A stretch of DNA of 64,000 nucleotides from Tubiluchus corallicola (taxonomy: Eukaryota; Animalia; Priapulida): NCBI GenBank assembly GCA_030141605.1, contig JAQGDQ010002376.1:354422-418421 (forward strand), given 5' to 3'. Below are positions 1-13,900 of this stretch, piece after piece (position 1 is the first letter of the stretch; each line of letters begins with the position of its first letter). The position numbers and the translations under genes were made by a program. The notes below the pieces were generated by a model, which searched no databases, was not told the origin of the DNA, and saw only the letters and a list, made by a program, of their open reading frames with translations.

Positions 1-86
1 TAAGTGGGAATCAAAACAGAACAGAAAGTTATTGTGCTAATTGTGTCATTTGGCAATATTAAGTTGATTTAACAATAAGAACTTAC

Positions 87-1083
87 TACTCAAGTCTAGC
101 GTTATGGCTTGATATTCGCTTCTGCTTATAATGGAATCTTCGTCTAATGTTTTTATTAGATTGTTGCTGAGGTCGAGGCTTTCTAGTTCTTCTAGTCCGG
201 GATCGTCGAAGACTCCGCGTTTTATATGCTCAAACTTGTTGTAAACCAAGCTAATTATTTTCAACTTAGTGGTTTTTGCAAATGTGCCAGATTCCAATGA
301 TGTCAGATTGTTCTCACCTAGAAAAAGCACAGTGAGATTTTGCAAGTTGTCCAACGCCCTTTCCTCAATTGTGTGGATCTTGTTGTAGTCCAGATAAAGT
401 GCGAACAAACCTGATAAACTTCCAAGTGTGTTTGCCTGAAGAGTTGTAATGCCATTGTAGCACATCCACAAGTTCTGTACGCTGCCAGGAATTGAAGGTA
501 TCCAAGAGGCAACATCCGTTATTGCGTTTTGACTTAAGTCAAGTGTTATCAAATGTGGAAGTCCTTCAAAGCTCTCACTTGCAATTTCACTTAAACGATT
601 ACGTCTCAAATATAGATACTGCAATGAGGAAATATCAGAAAAGGCATTATTACTTATCTTAGTTAGTTGTTCATTGTCTACAATTTCTAGTGTGGTTAGT
701 CCTAGTTGTGCAGAAGAATGTTTGAATGCTCCACTGTTGAGTTCAGTTACATCTGTTCTATTCACTCGTAGTTTCTGTAAAGAGATCATACTTTCTAACA
801 TGTTATCAACCAGCTTTGGCGAGTAGTGAAACTCACTGATGATAAAGGTGCCAATCTGTAACCGCATTGTCTTTAACGTTAATCTTAGTGGTTCATATCC
901 CATCCATTCGCAGAATATTGTTGATTGACCGCCGGATTCTGTACATACACATCGGTCATTTGGTAATTCATGTGGACATAAAGGCACATCTACGCAATCA
1001 TGGAAACATGGCCAATAGCTGAAGGTTATTTGTGGCAGCCATGCCGACAGTATAACACAGACTGACAGTTTTACAAGTTTCAT
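87..1083 (-). CDS. First coding exon of a secreted or membrane leucine-rich repeat protein (signal peptide, LRRNT, about 9 LRRs); gene continues left of the window
   Basis: ATG at 1083 gives MKLVKLSVCVILSAWLPQITFS (signal-like), a Cys cluster CPHELPNDRCVC...C, then LxxLxLxxNxL repeats (LQYLYLRRNRL, LITLDLSQNAI, LFALYLDYNKI, LESLDLSNNLI). GTAAGT donor at 86-81 directly after ITLDLS, where an LRRCT would be expected in the next exon. Confidence 0.9.
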
Positions 1084-2404
1084 AATTTTATGTAGAGTAC
1101 CAGACGTTTTCACTAATTTTATAACTGCTTCCTTCCTAGCTTCTTATGTCAGCTTCTGTTATAACGGCATTAGTATTTACATTACAAATACGCCCTTTGC
1201 TTTACGTTAATGTAACATGTATTTATCATTCTTGCGTAAATCATCACATTTTGTTTACAAACTACGTCACATTCTGACACATTTATCACGTCAGTAGAAG
1301 CTGATTCTGTACTGACACACAGTCCAAAGACCATGTTAGAGTATCAGGTACAGTGTAACTACATGTGTCTACATTGCACAATATTTCACGTTGCAAAATA
1401 TGGTTGACTAAAATTAGGTTAAATGCAACTACTTAACCATGGTTATGGAATTATTACAGTGAAATTTCAGTCTTTGCTACACTGTTTTGGAGCCAGAGAA
1501 CATGTCAGTAAAATGAAAAAAGAAATGACTTCCGATGCAGTTTTTATCTCTTGTTTGCAATTCTTTTGTTATTAAGTAGTTCTCTTCAGGAGAAAGGGAG
1601 ACTTCATGATGATCAGATTATTTTATATATCAACTTCCCCCTCCAGAATTCCCACACATTTTGACACGGTTTGACTACATAAGTGTCTTTTTAAATAAAT
1701 TATTATTAACTATTGTTGATTAAGAAATAAATATATAGTCAGTTACTATTTCCTGACAAAAATGTTTCTGTGTAGGAATAAATAAGTAGTCGGTTGGTAT
1801 ATCCAGACAAATGTATGTTTCTGTATGGATCAAACATGTTTGATAGATAGAAATTTTAAATTGAGCAAGTAGAAGAAAATGTTTTCTGCATACAATAAAA
1901 AAAAACCAATCAGTTGTCCTTGAAAAATGTTTTTCTTGCACCCTTAAAACTACTGTTTCCTGTGAAACATAACCAACTCAGAATTAATAAAAATGTTATA
2001 GAGGGACGTGCTTATAGAGCACTATAAAAGGTGGTCGGTGAGCCGGGCATCCAGAGCTCCAAAGTTGTGTGTTCTAAGCAACATTCGCATGTTTTATTTA
2101 ATTACTGTTCATGAATAATTGCGTATTCACTTATCAGATTTTGATAAAACCAGAACCAGAGGACAAAAAAACAAAAGAACAAAAGGGAAAGCTATTTGAT
2201 CCATTTGGTAATTGGTAACATTTAGGGTTAGACTGTTAGGGCATTCCCACAATTTAAAGGTTATAAATCAGTAAAGTTGAACAGCCATATATATCACATA
2301 TAATTTTATTTTGGCGTGTCTTCTGGTACGAGTATTGAACACATTTATATAACCATATTTTTATTATTGCCAGAGACACAAAAAAATAAAACCTTTGGCC
2401 ACAG

Positions 2405-2440
2405 CAAGCACTGATAAGAAGGCCTCGGGAAGAAGAAATG
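2405..2440 (+). CDS. Candidate 36-nt coding exon (QALIRRPREEEM) of the unidentified + strand gene
   Basis: CAG acceptor at 2402-2404, GTATAC donor at 2441, phase 0/0 compatible with the exon at 5107; the polypyrimidine tract is weak. Confidence 0.4.
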
Positions 2441-5106
2441 GTATACAGGTGGTTAACTATTGAAGATCAAATACATAGAAATAGATTAATATACGATGAA
2501 TTACATACATTAGTAAACGTAAATAAGCTAAATGTTGAAGATGGCATCAGTGTTTAAGTTGTCAAGATTTTACTTGATAAGGCGAAGTAGTTTGCCATGC
2601 ATTCCATATCTAGTAGTTTTTCCCTAAGAAGTGTTAATAAGCCAGGTTAGGTTAAATTATGGCTTTAGTGGGTTGTCTGAAAAAGTCAAAATCCCTTTTG
2701 ATGAGCTTCAAAATGACAAGAGTACATTACTGTAATATCATGTAAATGTTAACTTAATCGCTGAAAATGTTTTCAGAGTGAAAGACAGTCGTCACTGCCT
2801 ATTTCTACTACCTCTTTTACTAGCTTGTAGTAGGCTAGTAGCATCCCACTGGTTGGAAAGCTTAATATAAAATGATTTATGATTGTTGTTCTTTGGTCTA
2901 CTGCCCCCCCCCCCTCATTGGCTGTTTGTGATTTCCAATGACCTCTGCTTCCAAGTGAATTACAGTTAAACTTGCCTCATTGCAATTGCAGCCAGATGAC
3001 AAGTTAAAAGCCGCACCTTGTTCCTTGCGTGCATTGTATAAAAGCAAAATTTTCAATTTCCCAACTTCAAAATACCAGTATCCTTTCAATCACACTGGCC
3101 TGATATACTACAAAGTTTATTTTGCATTTTGCATATTTATGCATCAAATATCACTTTTATGCTACTAGCTGTACTACTGGCTCAAATGCCTTGTCTGTGA
3201 AAATGGTCTAAAATTGCTTAGAATGTCATGGCAGATCAAATAACTGGCCTGGAATTCATACATCTTGTTAACAAACATTGACACGAGCACATCCTTGAGT
3301 TTGACCTGCATGTACTCATATCCTGGTATGGTTGTAAAAATGTTCAGTGTAATAAATGCATTTCATCTTGCGATGCCACCCTCAGAGCCTAGGAATTGCC
3401 ATAATACAAATGCTTTAACAGAACAAAAGGGAGTCAGAGATCAAATTCATACTGTATTTATTACATTTAAACAGCTTTTTTATGTGGGTCATGTATTTTT
3501 CTTAAAAACGGTTCCATGAATATTTGTCACAGATTTCAGTTTGCAGACTATTCCAAAAGTTAGTACCCATTATTTTGAACATGCTGTTTCAGTTTTTCAG
3601 TTCTCAGATTCCATTTTAGAGAACAAGGGCGTTTGTGGTCATCCCTTTAATCCTTTTTTATTATAATAACCAGTAGGCTTTAAAAGATCCCAGTAATACG
3701 GTATTTGTATAACCTGACTTCTGCTGAGATTTTAACAATACCAAGTAGTGCACTAGCTGGTTCTAGAAATGTTCATTTAGATGTCCTTGGAACCTGCATA
3801 CTTGTGTGTGAGGTCCTTTTGCCATTTTCTGTCATGCACAGTATGCAGCATGGCACCTAATTAAGCCTTTAGCAGTGTTATATATAATTATTATTATTAT
3901 ATGTACTAAATAATTCAGAAGTGTGCCTTGTATGCAAAAACTGATGGGATAAAAGCTTTTATGCACAAATCAGGTACACTTGTTTGCTTTAAAGTATACA
4001 TGTACTATTGTCAATATTAATCTTGAGTTTCAATAATGGAAGCACAAATTATCATTATTTAGTTAATTAAGCATTTTGCTGGAATGCTGGAAAATTCGGA
4101 ACTTCTGCTAATGGAACGTCTTTTCAGAAATCAACCGGGGCTGATGTTAAATATACTCAAAGGTTTTACCGTGCCTGAATTCATGCTGTTAAAAATGAAA
4201 CTCCATATGGAAGCATTGCGCACAGACCGTAACAAGTCCAGACAGGGTCACGTTGTCTCGGATAAACTAGATGCTATAAAGGTATGGCTAACTGGATGTC
4301 GTTACCAACACTCAAAGGCTGATATGAATTGCAGATACCATATACCGGAAAAAATGTGAGCTAAAGTTTTGCGAATTCAACTTCAAACATTGTTTGTGCA
4401 GTGATATTTTTAGCACAGCCTTGCGAACATTACAACGAGAATCTCTGCAGGGAATTACATGTAATAGTAATAAAAATAAGAATTACATATAGTAGTTGGA
4501 ATTACATGTATTACCACATTGCTAGTTGCCCTGATCATAACAGACCGAGAGTGAAAAGTGCTAAACTTATCTAACAGCTAGTACTAGCATTTACTTATTA
4601 AATTTATGTGCACAAAAAACTTATAGTTGTTTGAAAAAAGAGCAAAATTGGAATTTTTGTTTTGTAGACAGTGTTTTCTAAAATTTTCGGATTTACCATC
4701 AAACAAAGCCAACGTGTTGCTACAAATTATTATTAGAAAGCACAAGCATCAACTTAAGTACTAGTGTAATTTATGTCTGACTTTCCTCGCAAGTATTTCT
4801 AGCACGCACTAATTTTATGATTTCAGTAGATTAGTGACCAGCTGATTTGAGTGCTCACTAGCTGACCACGAGTCAGTTGCTTATTACAGATATACTTGCT
4901 CAACTTTTTAAGCAGATCTTGTGAATTTATTTCTGTGTAGAAATTTACACTGTCCATTACTGATTTGATTGCTCAATAACTGAGAAAATTATGATCTTGT
5001 GCTACCTGTTGATGCAAGATCCACTCCGTGAATTTATTAAAAAGTAATTTAATTGCATAAACTGTGGCTTATAGCTTACCTGTTTTAACATTGTTTTGTT
5101 TTACAG

Positions 5107-5328
5107 CCAGAGTTAGGAGAAACATATGAAGAAGCAAACAGTGAGACTGGTAAAGGGGATGTAGCTAGCTCCGGTCCCACCTCGCCAGTTACCATGGAAA
5201 CATGTTCTACCCACAATCCATCGCCTCTTGGAGAATTTGCTGATTTAGAAGTACCCAGTCCAACAGTAATGTCTGATCTGGGACTAAATGATGGTCAACT
5301 ATCTGCTCCTTTTGATGTAAATGATTAA
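5107..5328 (+). CDS. Terminal coding exon of an unidentified gene (acidic, S/P-rich disordered C-terminus)
   Basis: Strong acceptor ttgttttgttttacag, 73 open codons PELGETYEEANSETGKGDVASSGPTSPVTMET...SAPFDVND then TAA, higher GC than the flanks. No recognisable domain. Confidence 0.65.
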   Translation, partial: PELGETYEEANSETGKGDVASSGPTSPVTMETCSTHNPSPLGEFADLEVPSPTVMSDLGLNDGQLSAPFDVND

Positions 5329-6218
5329 ATTTAAATTCTGTTTCTTCTGTGCAGATATTGTCTACAAAATATTTGTGTTTATTAATGTCATTTGTGGTGT
5401 GTTCCGCTGTTGTGTCTGCATTAGCTATGACTGTTATTAGTATGTTTATGCATCTAACTTTTTTGGAAAGTCATGCAAAACTGATAATAACAGTCAGGAT
5501 ATAAATGGGTGAAATTTGTTGATTCACATTTTGTTTGTGCCATTTTTTTGGTTTCTAAGTGTTAAATGCATAAGCAATGCACTGAGCCTGTTCATTTGAC
5601 TAATCGGCATCTTCATGGACTAATAATCCATCGACATGGTCCTTAAGCATCCTTTTGCCTCAAGCATATTGATCTAATATGGACGAACTTTGATGACATC
5701 AAGCTGGACTTGATTTTTGTCAGTCTCTTTGAACTGAATGAGCAAAGCACAGGATAATCAATGCGACAAATGCTGATGTTATGTGGTGCTACTGGTGATA
5801 ACACTGTCAACTTAGCCCAGGTACGGTGTTGATAAACTGACATTAGCTAGGTACGTTTCCTGGTAAGTGTTTCACTTTCAAAAACACTAAGGTCTTTCTG
5901 TGAGATGAGGACCGAGCCTTGCCATTAGTAAACATTTTGGTATTTTATGCTTCTTTGATTACACAATATTAGTTATTCACATTTATTGCTGTTGAGGTTT
6001 ATAACTTTTTCAACAATCGACCTCTACATTTATGCAGAGAAAGTTTGTGCACTTCCTGCAAAATTAGAGGATACTTTTCTGACGACCCACTTTAGACACA
6101 CCAAAGGCAAGGTAAAGACCTCAAATTTTGTGGCGGTCCTGACGTTTTTGTTGCACACATTATATTTCTATTGTGAACAAAAAATTAGTAGACTCCTGTG
6201 TAGAATTAATACAAATTA

Positions 6219-7029
6219 CAGTAGGCGCTGCTTAATAGACTCATTTTGGGATCGAAGTGTTTTGACCCAATTAACCGACTGAACTTATTAACTGATGGGT
6301 GTAGTATTACTGGTATAAGATATGAGTCACCAGCTTACTATGCACTGCAAAATGTTTTTAATGAATTTTAGAAACGAAGTAACGCCTAAATTCCTTTGTA
6401 CAGTTAAAAATTAGAAAATCACACAAGTCTACTTATTTGCAAAAATTCCTTCAAAGTCGGCTGCTTCATTTTATCATGAAGAAGTTGGCTCACAAAGTTC
6501 TCAAAATGATAAAAATGTGCCTGTGATTCCCCCAACTTTGTCTGTAGCTTGCCATACTTGTGATGTACTTACTGTACTGTACCTGGGTTCCTCGCATAAC
6601 AGCAACATCTAACTGTGTTAAACCTTCTGGCAAAGACAGCCAGAGGTTCAAAAGCAAACTGCTAAACAAGTGATTAAATGTTTAGCTTCCAGGAATTCTT
6701 GGGAAACGAGGTTAATTGCAGTGGACCAGCGGGTCAAAGCAAACCATTAGGGTATGCTAAACGTTTCTGCTTACAAGCAAAACGGTACTTAACATGATTG
6801 TTTCTATGTATATTATAGGACAAAAGCAAACTAAGATGATATAAAAGTCATAAAAGCTTATTAATCACACAAGTGTCTTATTGAAGCTTGTGAAGGAAAA
6901 ACAGGATCGATTATGCGGAGTTATTTGAGTCAATTACCGATAGTTCTTATGTATAATTGAATACAAGCGGCCCGTACCAGGTGTTTTTGAGTCAATTAAG
7001 CCATTGAGTCTATTAAGCGGCGCCTACTG
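6219..7029. mobile_element. Non-autonomous pogo/Tigger-type (Tc1/mariner superfamily) DNA transposon
   Basis: TIRs CAGTAGGCGCTGCTTAATAGACTC ... GAGTCTATTAAGCGGCGCCTACTG flanked by TA on both sides; right part is homologous to 19530-19933. Confidence 0.85.
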
Positions 7030-7971
7030 TATTATCAGTATTGCAAAATGTGGGAAATGGATATTGTTTAATATTATCTATCATTGCGGAGCTTTTTACT
7101 AAATTTCATCTTTCTCAAAATATGTGCAAGAAAAAGAACAGTAATAATGTTGAAACCATGTGAATTCATAGTAGTGTGCGATATAAATATTTGGTATAAT
7201 AATGTAATATTGATCTATATTTTAACAATTGCTTTTGTTGTGTGTTAGCTATTTAAGTTGATATTTAAGCATACAACATTAATATTATTCCATAACATAT
7301 ATATGAAACTCATTTTTGTGTTTCTTGTATAACAATTTTTGTTGAGTAACTTAGGTTGAATAATTATTGCACAAATTTGACAATTGTACATACAGTATCA
7401 CTAACACTTGTATGTTAAAAATAATTTATTAATTCATTGTGAAGTTACAATAAATAACAATGAAATATTTACAGTTGTAGCAGTTAATGGTCTATTACTT
7501 TGACTTTAGCTGATTTTTGTTCAACTGCCAGATCACTATTTTCTCTTAGGAATACTTTGTTAAAAAAATGACGAAAAGTACCCAGAATTCTCACAGACGT
7601 CTCTGGTAAGGTCGGAGGATCGAGCATTTCTTGGAAAGAACTATCCCTCAAGGCTTCACGATTAGCTTAAAGATCATAAAACAAATTGAATGTCACTAGT
7701 TTTGCAGTAGAATGGAAGAGAATGTAGGAATATTTTGTGAAAAGAACAAGACATCCTAGAAAGCCTAACTTCCTGCAAACGACACGAACATTAGGTTCTG
7801 CTGACACACACACCAGTACACCTACTCTATTGTGGCTTAAAAGCAGACATCACTCATATCATTTGAAATGGGTGTGACTCATAAAACAGGTGAATTGTGA
7901 TTAAGCATTGTGCATCTTTGGTATGTAATCAATTCACTAGATCATAAGTTGAACCCTGTAAACCATATCAC

Positions 7972-10900
7972 TCATTCCAATGCGAATATACTTTGTCTCG
8001 CTGTCATCATTCGTTGTCGTGCCCGTGAAAATTTTTCTGCAACAAACGTTTAGAAAAACGATTTTAAATTTAGATTAAACATCTGTCTAACCCATTAATT
8101 CGACAGTCAATTTGAGTCATACCATAAAATATTTGGCCTACAATACTGACAAGAACAATACTTATTTACAATCAGCAGTACGATAAACAAATTACCCAGT
8201 ACAGTACAGTACAATATAGCAAACAAATTGCTCAATTACACATGTCCTGTTGGGCCAATAATTGCCCAGTAAGTTGTTTCCAAATATGTAAGAGGAACAT
8301 CAAACTTCTGTTGCCCGTCATATACATAACTAAAAATAAAATTTGCTTTAATAATTCTGATACTTACGGAGTGCAGTGATAATTCCTTCTTGCACCATAC
8401 TGACCCTAAAACAGGATGAAAAATTTTGTATGAAAATTTCTTAATAAAGATGAATGAAAATTGAAAACCCTAACCAATGTAAACTTGTCTGACTATTTTG
8501 TAATTTGTCTGTGCCAAAATTTAACACATCTTGTTATAACGCCAAACTCGCTATAATGCCAACTTTTTCTGGGTTCCAAAATCGACGGTATTGACTAGGT
8601 CATTTTTGAAAAAAATATGTTTCCTTTTAATATTTTATATGCTAGATCATTTTGAGCTGTGGTTCGACATTGGCTCCAGCTTTCTTTTAAAGTTATGACA
8701 TACAGATGAGAAAACTAATAATACAGATTTGCCAAGTGACAAACAGGCAGACATGATATGCTGTTTTAACCACAAATTTTAGTAAAAAGACCTACCCCAA
8801 CTTATCCACCAATGATGCAAATGTTCGTTTTCGAGATTTTGAATCAAGAAAGGCACGAGATTGTTGGATGATGTTCAGCTTAATCTTCACGTTTCCTGTA
8901 GATTCAGTTTTGAATCCAAATTTACTAAGTCGATTGCCCTAAAACAAAATGCTGTTATTTGTTTTTTTTTGAATAGCATAATGACAAATTCACATTATTA
9001 TGCTACACAGAACCCCACATAAGAGGGAGAGGCGATGACTAAATTGACGATTAGAATAAAACTTTCCAGAGGCCATTCTGGTTGTTATGGTGTACCAGAT
9101 TAAGGGTTACACTGCAGAATGTGGGAGTGCATAAATAACAGACTGACAAACAGATCGATTTTCATCTTACACACGCAACCACCCATCCACCCACCCATGC
9201 ATGCACACACACACACACACATAATATACATTTAATAAAATTCAGGGAAACTACCTGAAACTCAGGGAACTACTTATGAATAGTCATTAGCAAAAATGTA
9301 TATTAGTTTCTTTTTAACTCTAATCCAACTTTACAATTAAGCTTTTATGTAATATTAATTAGGATATTTGTTTTTTATATTGATTATTTTATAGTTTTTA
9401 CTTCTAATTTTCGTTTGTAAACCGTGCAAAGAAAACCTCATGTGGACTGCACATGTAATGTATATATATATATATATATATATTAATTTTTAATATAATA
9501 TAGAAAGTAAATCAAATCGATATGTCTCGATAATATTTGCATTTTGCATTTCGACCTAATCGTTATTCTTAATTTGCAATCAGATCATGAGCTAAGCATT
9601 TCTAAGATTTCCAGTTACGAAACTAGATGAGATATGACAAACCTCAAAAGTGGATGGCACAGCAATGTAAGTCGGATCCTCTAACTCGGGTGATCCACCA
9701 ATAAAAAACCTTCGAAGCTCGTCATTTATTGATCGCCCTACTGGCCTCCATGTATTAATCACTCTAATATTGCATCCTAAAGATAAGAAAGAGATATTTG
9801 GGTCACAATGTATTTCAAGGATACATTTTGTATTATGCGTGACACGATTCATTGATATTTATTAGTCGAAAATTTCATAATTGCTTAAGTGCTTAAAAGC
9901 GTAAGGATTATTATGCTTTCAAGTTTTAGCTTTGGAGGTGAGAATTAGAATGTTAGCAACAGCAAATCGCTAAAAAGGTATAACTAATTGCTATCAATTT
10001 AGCAAGCCATCGAATGGTTTATTTCCGAATTTAAAGCAGTTTAGCACATAGTAACCTTTTACGTGACATTATACATGCCATAATAATTAATTGCAGCGTG
10101 AAAATTGCAATAGAATACACTGCGGCAGATAGTCGTAACACTTAAAGGAAAACAGGATGATTTTTCATATCCTACCTCATTTTGAAGTACGTAAAAAGTG
10201 CTACTGTACGAGACTCAGTGTGATGTATTAAACTATGCAAGTTTTAAGATAAAAATTCAAATATCAAATTTATGCTCACCACGAGCTCTCAAACATGTGC
10301 ACTACATCACAAACGAACACACCCGAACTAAGAGATACAGCACCAGTTATTTTATGCAACGCGTTTCCGAAATGCAGGTGCTAGTGCTGATCTAACCAAC
10401 AAATGGCAAGCTGCATGTAAACAGCAAAGAACTTGCTGCACAAGCAAAATTGCATTTCATTGGTAATTATTCTTTCATGAAAGTCATTCTTGAAAAAATA
10501 GTGTGTTTCTTTTCAATATTTTAAACAGTAGATTGTTTTCAGCTACAGTTTAAGATCGAATACAGTTTTCCTTTAAGGCAGCTCTCATACAGTCTATTAT
10601 TAGTACTAAAATTCATGTTTGAGCTTGGGCAATTATAGTCTAAGCCTCATAGCCTCAATAGTTTGAGAGAGATAAAAATGATTTTTTTTTGTTGGTCCAA
10701 TAGACCTCAAGCCATTTAAGTGAAGGACACACCTGGTGAATGATGGACACAGGCGCCAAAAGTAGATTTTACCGATAATGCTTTACCAGGCTTCACTAAC
10801 CTGGTTCAGTGGGGAGTGATATGTATCCATAGCCTTCCGTTCGATATCGATGCCACATATCGAGAGACAAAACTTCAAGAAAAAGCTGAGGCCAGCCATG

Positions 10901-13900
10901 AATTGAACTGTCTGCACTATCACCTTCTGCAAGGTCATTCTTGTAGAACAGCTCGCATTCAAATGGAAATCCAAAGTGTGACACATTGGAAGTTCCAACA
11001 GTTGTAGTAGAGCAAGTTTGTGTCACCCACGACTGCTGACAAGATGCGTCAATTCGCCACACTAATAACAAAACCATAACTTGCATTACACTAGTTGCTG
11101 CTTAATAAAACTGCGAATAATAAAACCAGCCACATTTCAGAAGTGTTTAGCCATGTTCCGGCATTACACCCACAAGTTGTTGCCGAGAAACTATTGTTGA
11201 GAAAATTCAGTTAATAAAAAAGTGCACAATTTAATAAGATCACATTTTCAGTAACAGACAACAAAAGGAATAGCAAAATGAAAAATAAAATGTATTTTTT
11301 GGTATTTTGACTATTTTTATTAAGCCACACAACTACTTAGTCAAAGTCACATTGCAAGTTAAAAGTCAATTGTTTCGTCATAATCACTCTGTAGACTGAA
11401 GTACATTTTAGTCGAGAAACTATTGTTGAGAAAATTCAGTTAATAAAAAAGTGCACAATTTAATAAGATCACATTTTCAGTAACAGACAACAAAAGGAAT
11501 AGCAAAATGAAAAATAAAATGTATTTTTTGGTATTTTGACTATTTTTATTAAGCCACACAACTACTTAGTCAAAGTCACATTGCAAGTTAAAAGTCAATT
11601 GTTTCGTCATAATCACTCTGTAGACTGAAGTACATTTTAGTCTGTTGAATGAACTTAAATCACTGTTTTATGCTTGAATCATTCTGCTGGTATCCAAGTG
11701 AGCTGACTACCCCATGTTTAGTTGTCATGTAGTATAAATTACGTTGAAGTGTTTACGTATTGTACTTAGCACCACATCATAAAACCACCATTTATTACGA
11801 CCACATATTGCTGGTTCCGTGGTGGTTTTATTAAGTGGCGGCTACTGTATTCAATAATGTACCTCAATTGTGTGGACAATCATGTTTGCAAGATATTATT
11901 AGATTCATAGCAAACAGGACTTTTGTGGCATTAGAATTTTTTTAAGTGAATTAATCACGAAACATGAATCTTTATACATACTTTGTGGCAGTTCCAGAAA
12001 GCAATGAATGTACAGGTTATCATATTCATAGTCTTGAGCTGAAATAATCTCTCCATAGCACAGCAACCGCAGCACTTTTGGTGGAGGCTATAATTTTAAC
12101 AAAATTGTTACCTATTGAATTAACATTTTGCAAATATATGTATGCAAAACTGTGCTGTACACATTTAAAGAGAAAAGAGTTTTCAATAGTTTCGAATTGC
12201 TAACAGCTCAGCTATTGCAGAGGTCAGATTGGCAGAATTGCAAAAAGTCTCAAAGGTAATCTGATATAAGCCCTTTATCTTCGTGATAGACTTCCTCATT
12301 TCCAAAAAAAGAAACAAAATATTGTGTGATTATGATCAAAATACAACAGTTGCCGCTTAATAAAACCAGCTGCATTTTACAACCATTTAGCCCTATTTGG
12401 AATTACTCTCACAGAAACCATTGTTAAGAAAATATGGTTAATAAAACCAGTGTGCCATTTAAGAAGACTATACATTTTTCAGTAATAAGCAGCAAAAGCA
12501 ATAGCAAAATGAAAAAATAAATGCATTTTTGGTAGTTTGCTTATTTTTTAAGATATGTAGTAGATTCAACCCTTTTTAGTCAAAATCACACTGAAAGTTA
12601 AAGTCGATTGTTTCATCATAACTGGTCTGCAAGTACAGCCAGTAAAATACATTTTAATTTGTTGAATAAACTTGAATCACTGTTGTACATTTGAGTCTTT
12701 CTGTAGGCATGCGAATGAGCTGTCTGCTTTCAGAAGCTAACCAAACTAAGTATCCACACTCATTTTCTTAAATCATGGTAAATTAATTACTAAATTTCTA
12801 TCTTGGGAAATTGAACTGGGACCACCAGCACTTGAAAAAAAGAGGAGCTGACTGAAAAATATAGCACATGATTTGTGACGAACAGCCGATAACCAATAAA
12901 GTTCTGAACTGCCCCCTGGAAACTGCAAAATATCCCAAAATTTTGATCTGCGGCTCTGAAACAAGATTGCTGTTGTGTGGGCTTAGCTTGTCATTCCATC
13001 AGCGCATGTAATTTAAATCAAATATGGTGATTAAAGTTTCATTTAATAATATGTTTGCAGACGTTTACTCTAACTATAACCTACATTATACGCAATCAAA
13101 ATTAAAAATACATTCAGTTGTCTACACTATACATGACCAAAATGAGAAATACATTTAGTTACTTTTACAGTATAATTTACTAATAAAGAAATATAAAATG
13201 ATTTCTACTTTGTATGAAAATCACGGAAATACAGAACGTACCATTTCAAACTGAGATCCGACACATGCTTGAAGGAAATCAGTGTGCCGATCATAAAGCT
13301 CTTGATACATTTTATTTTCTTTGTCTTGCTCCTGGTGGCTAATTAACTGAGACACATTCTCCAGTGAATATTCAAACACATCTAAAATATGGAACGGACC
13401 AATTAAGAAAAGAGTTGTGATTTTTTTGCTTTTTACTGCAATGACGCACAGAAATTTAACCAGTCTTAGTCTAGCTTTCCATCAGGTAGTCAGGTACCCG
13501 AGTAATTACCCGCATTGTTTATTACCCGAGCCTAATATTTCTAGCCAGTTTCAACAATGAAAATGCGACATTTTTTGTAGTACGATATCCATACTACAGT
13601 TTTTTTAAACTAACATTTACGTAATATTAATTCTAGTATTTTTGTGACAATGCTCAAGTAAAAAGATCATTTTTAAAAAAGATCATGAATAAAGAAGAAA
13701 CCCCAATTAAAAAATATTAAAAAATTAAAAAATAATTAATAATGCATTATTTGTCCTAAAGGAAAATACTGTGAGAGGATACCTTTTCCCAGTGTCTCTG
13801 TTTCCACTACATAGGGTTTTTCACCATGACTCAAATCTGGTGATATGGAGATCACCCCTCGAGTATCAACTTTAATGGTGCACACGAGATATTCATCTGA

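Noticed and set aside
46-1113. ORF-track boundaries of the LRR gene
   Set aside because: 1113 is a GTG start and 46-86 is intron read-through; the supported exon is 1083-87.
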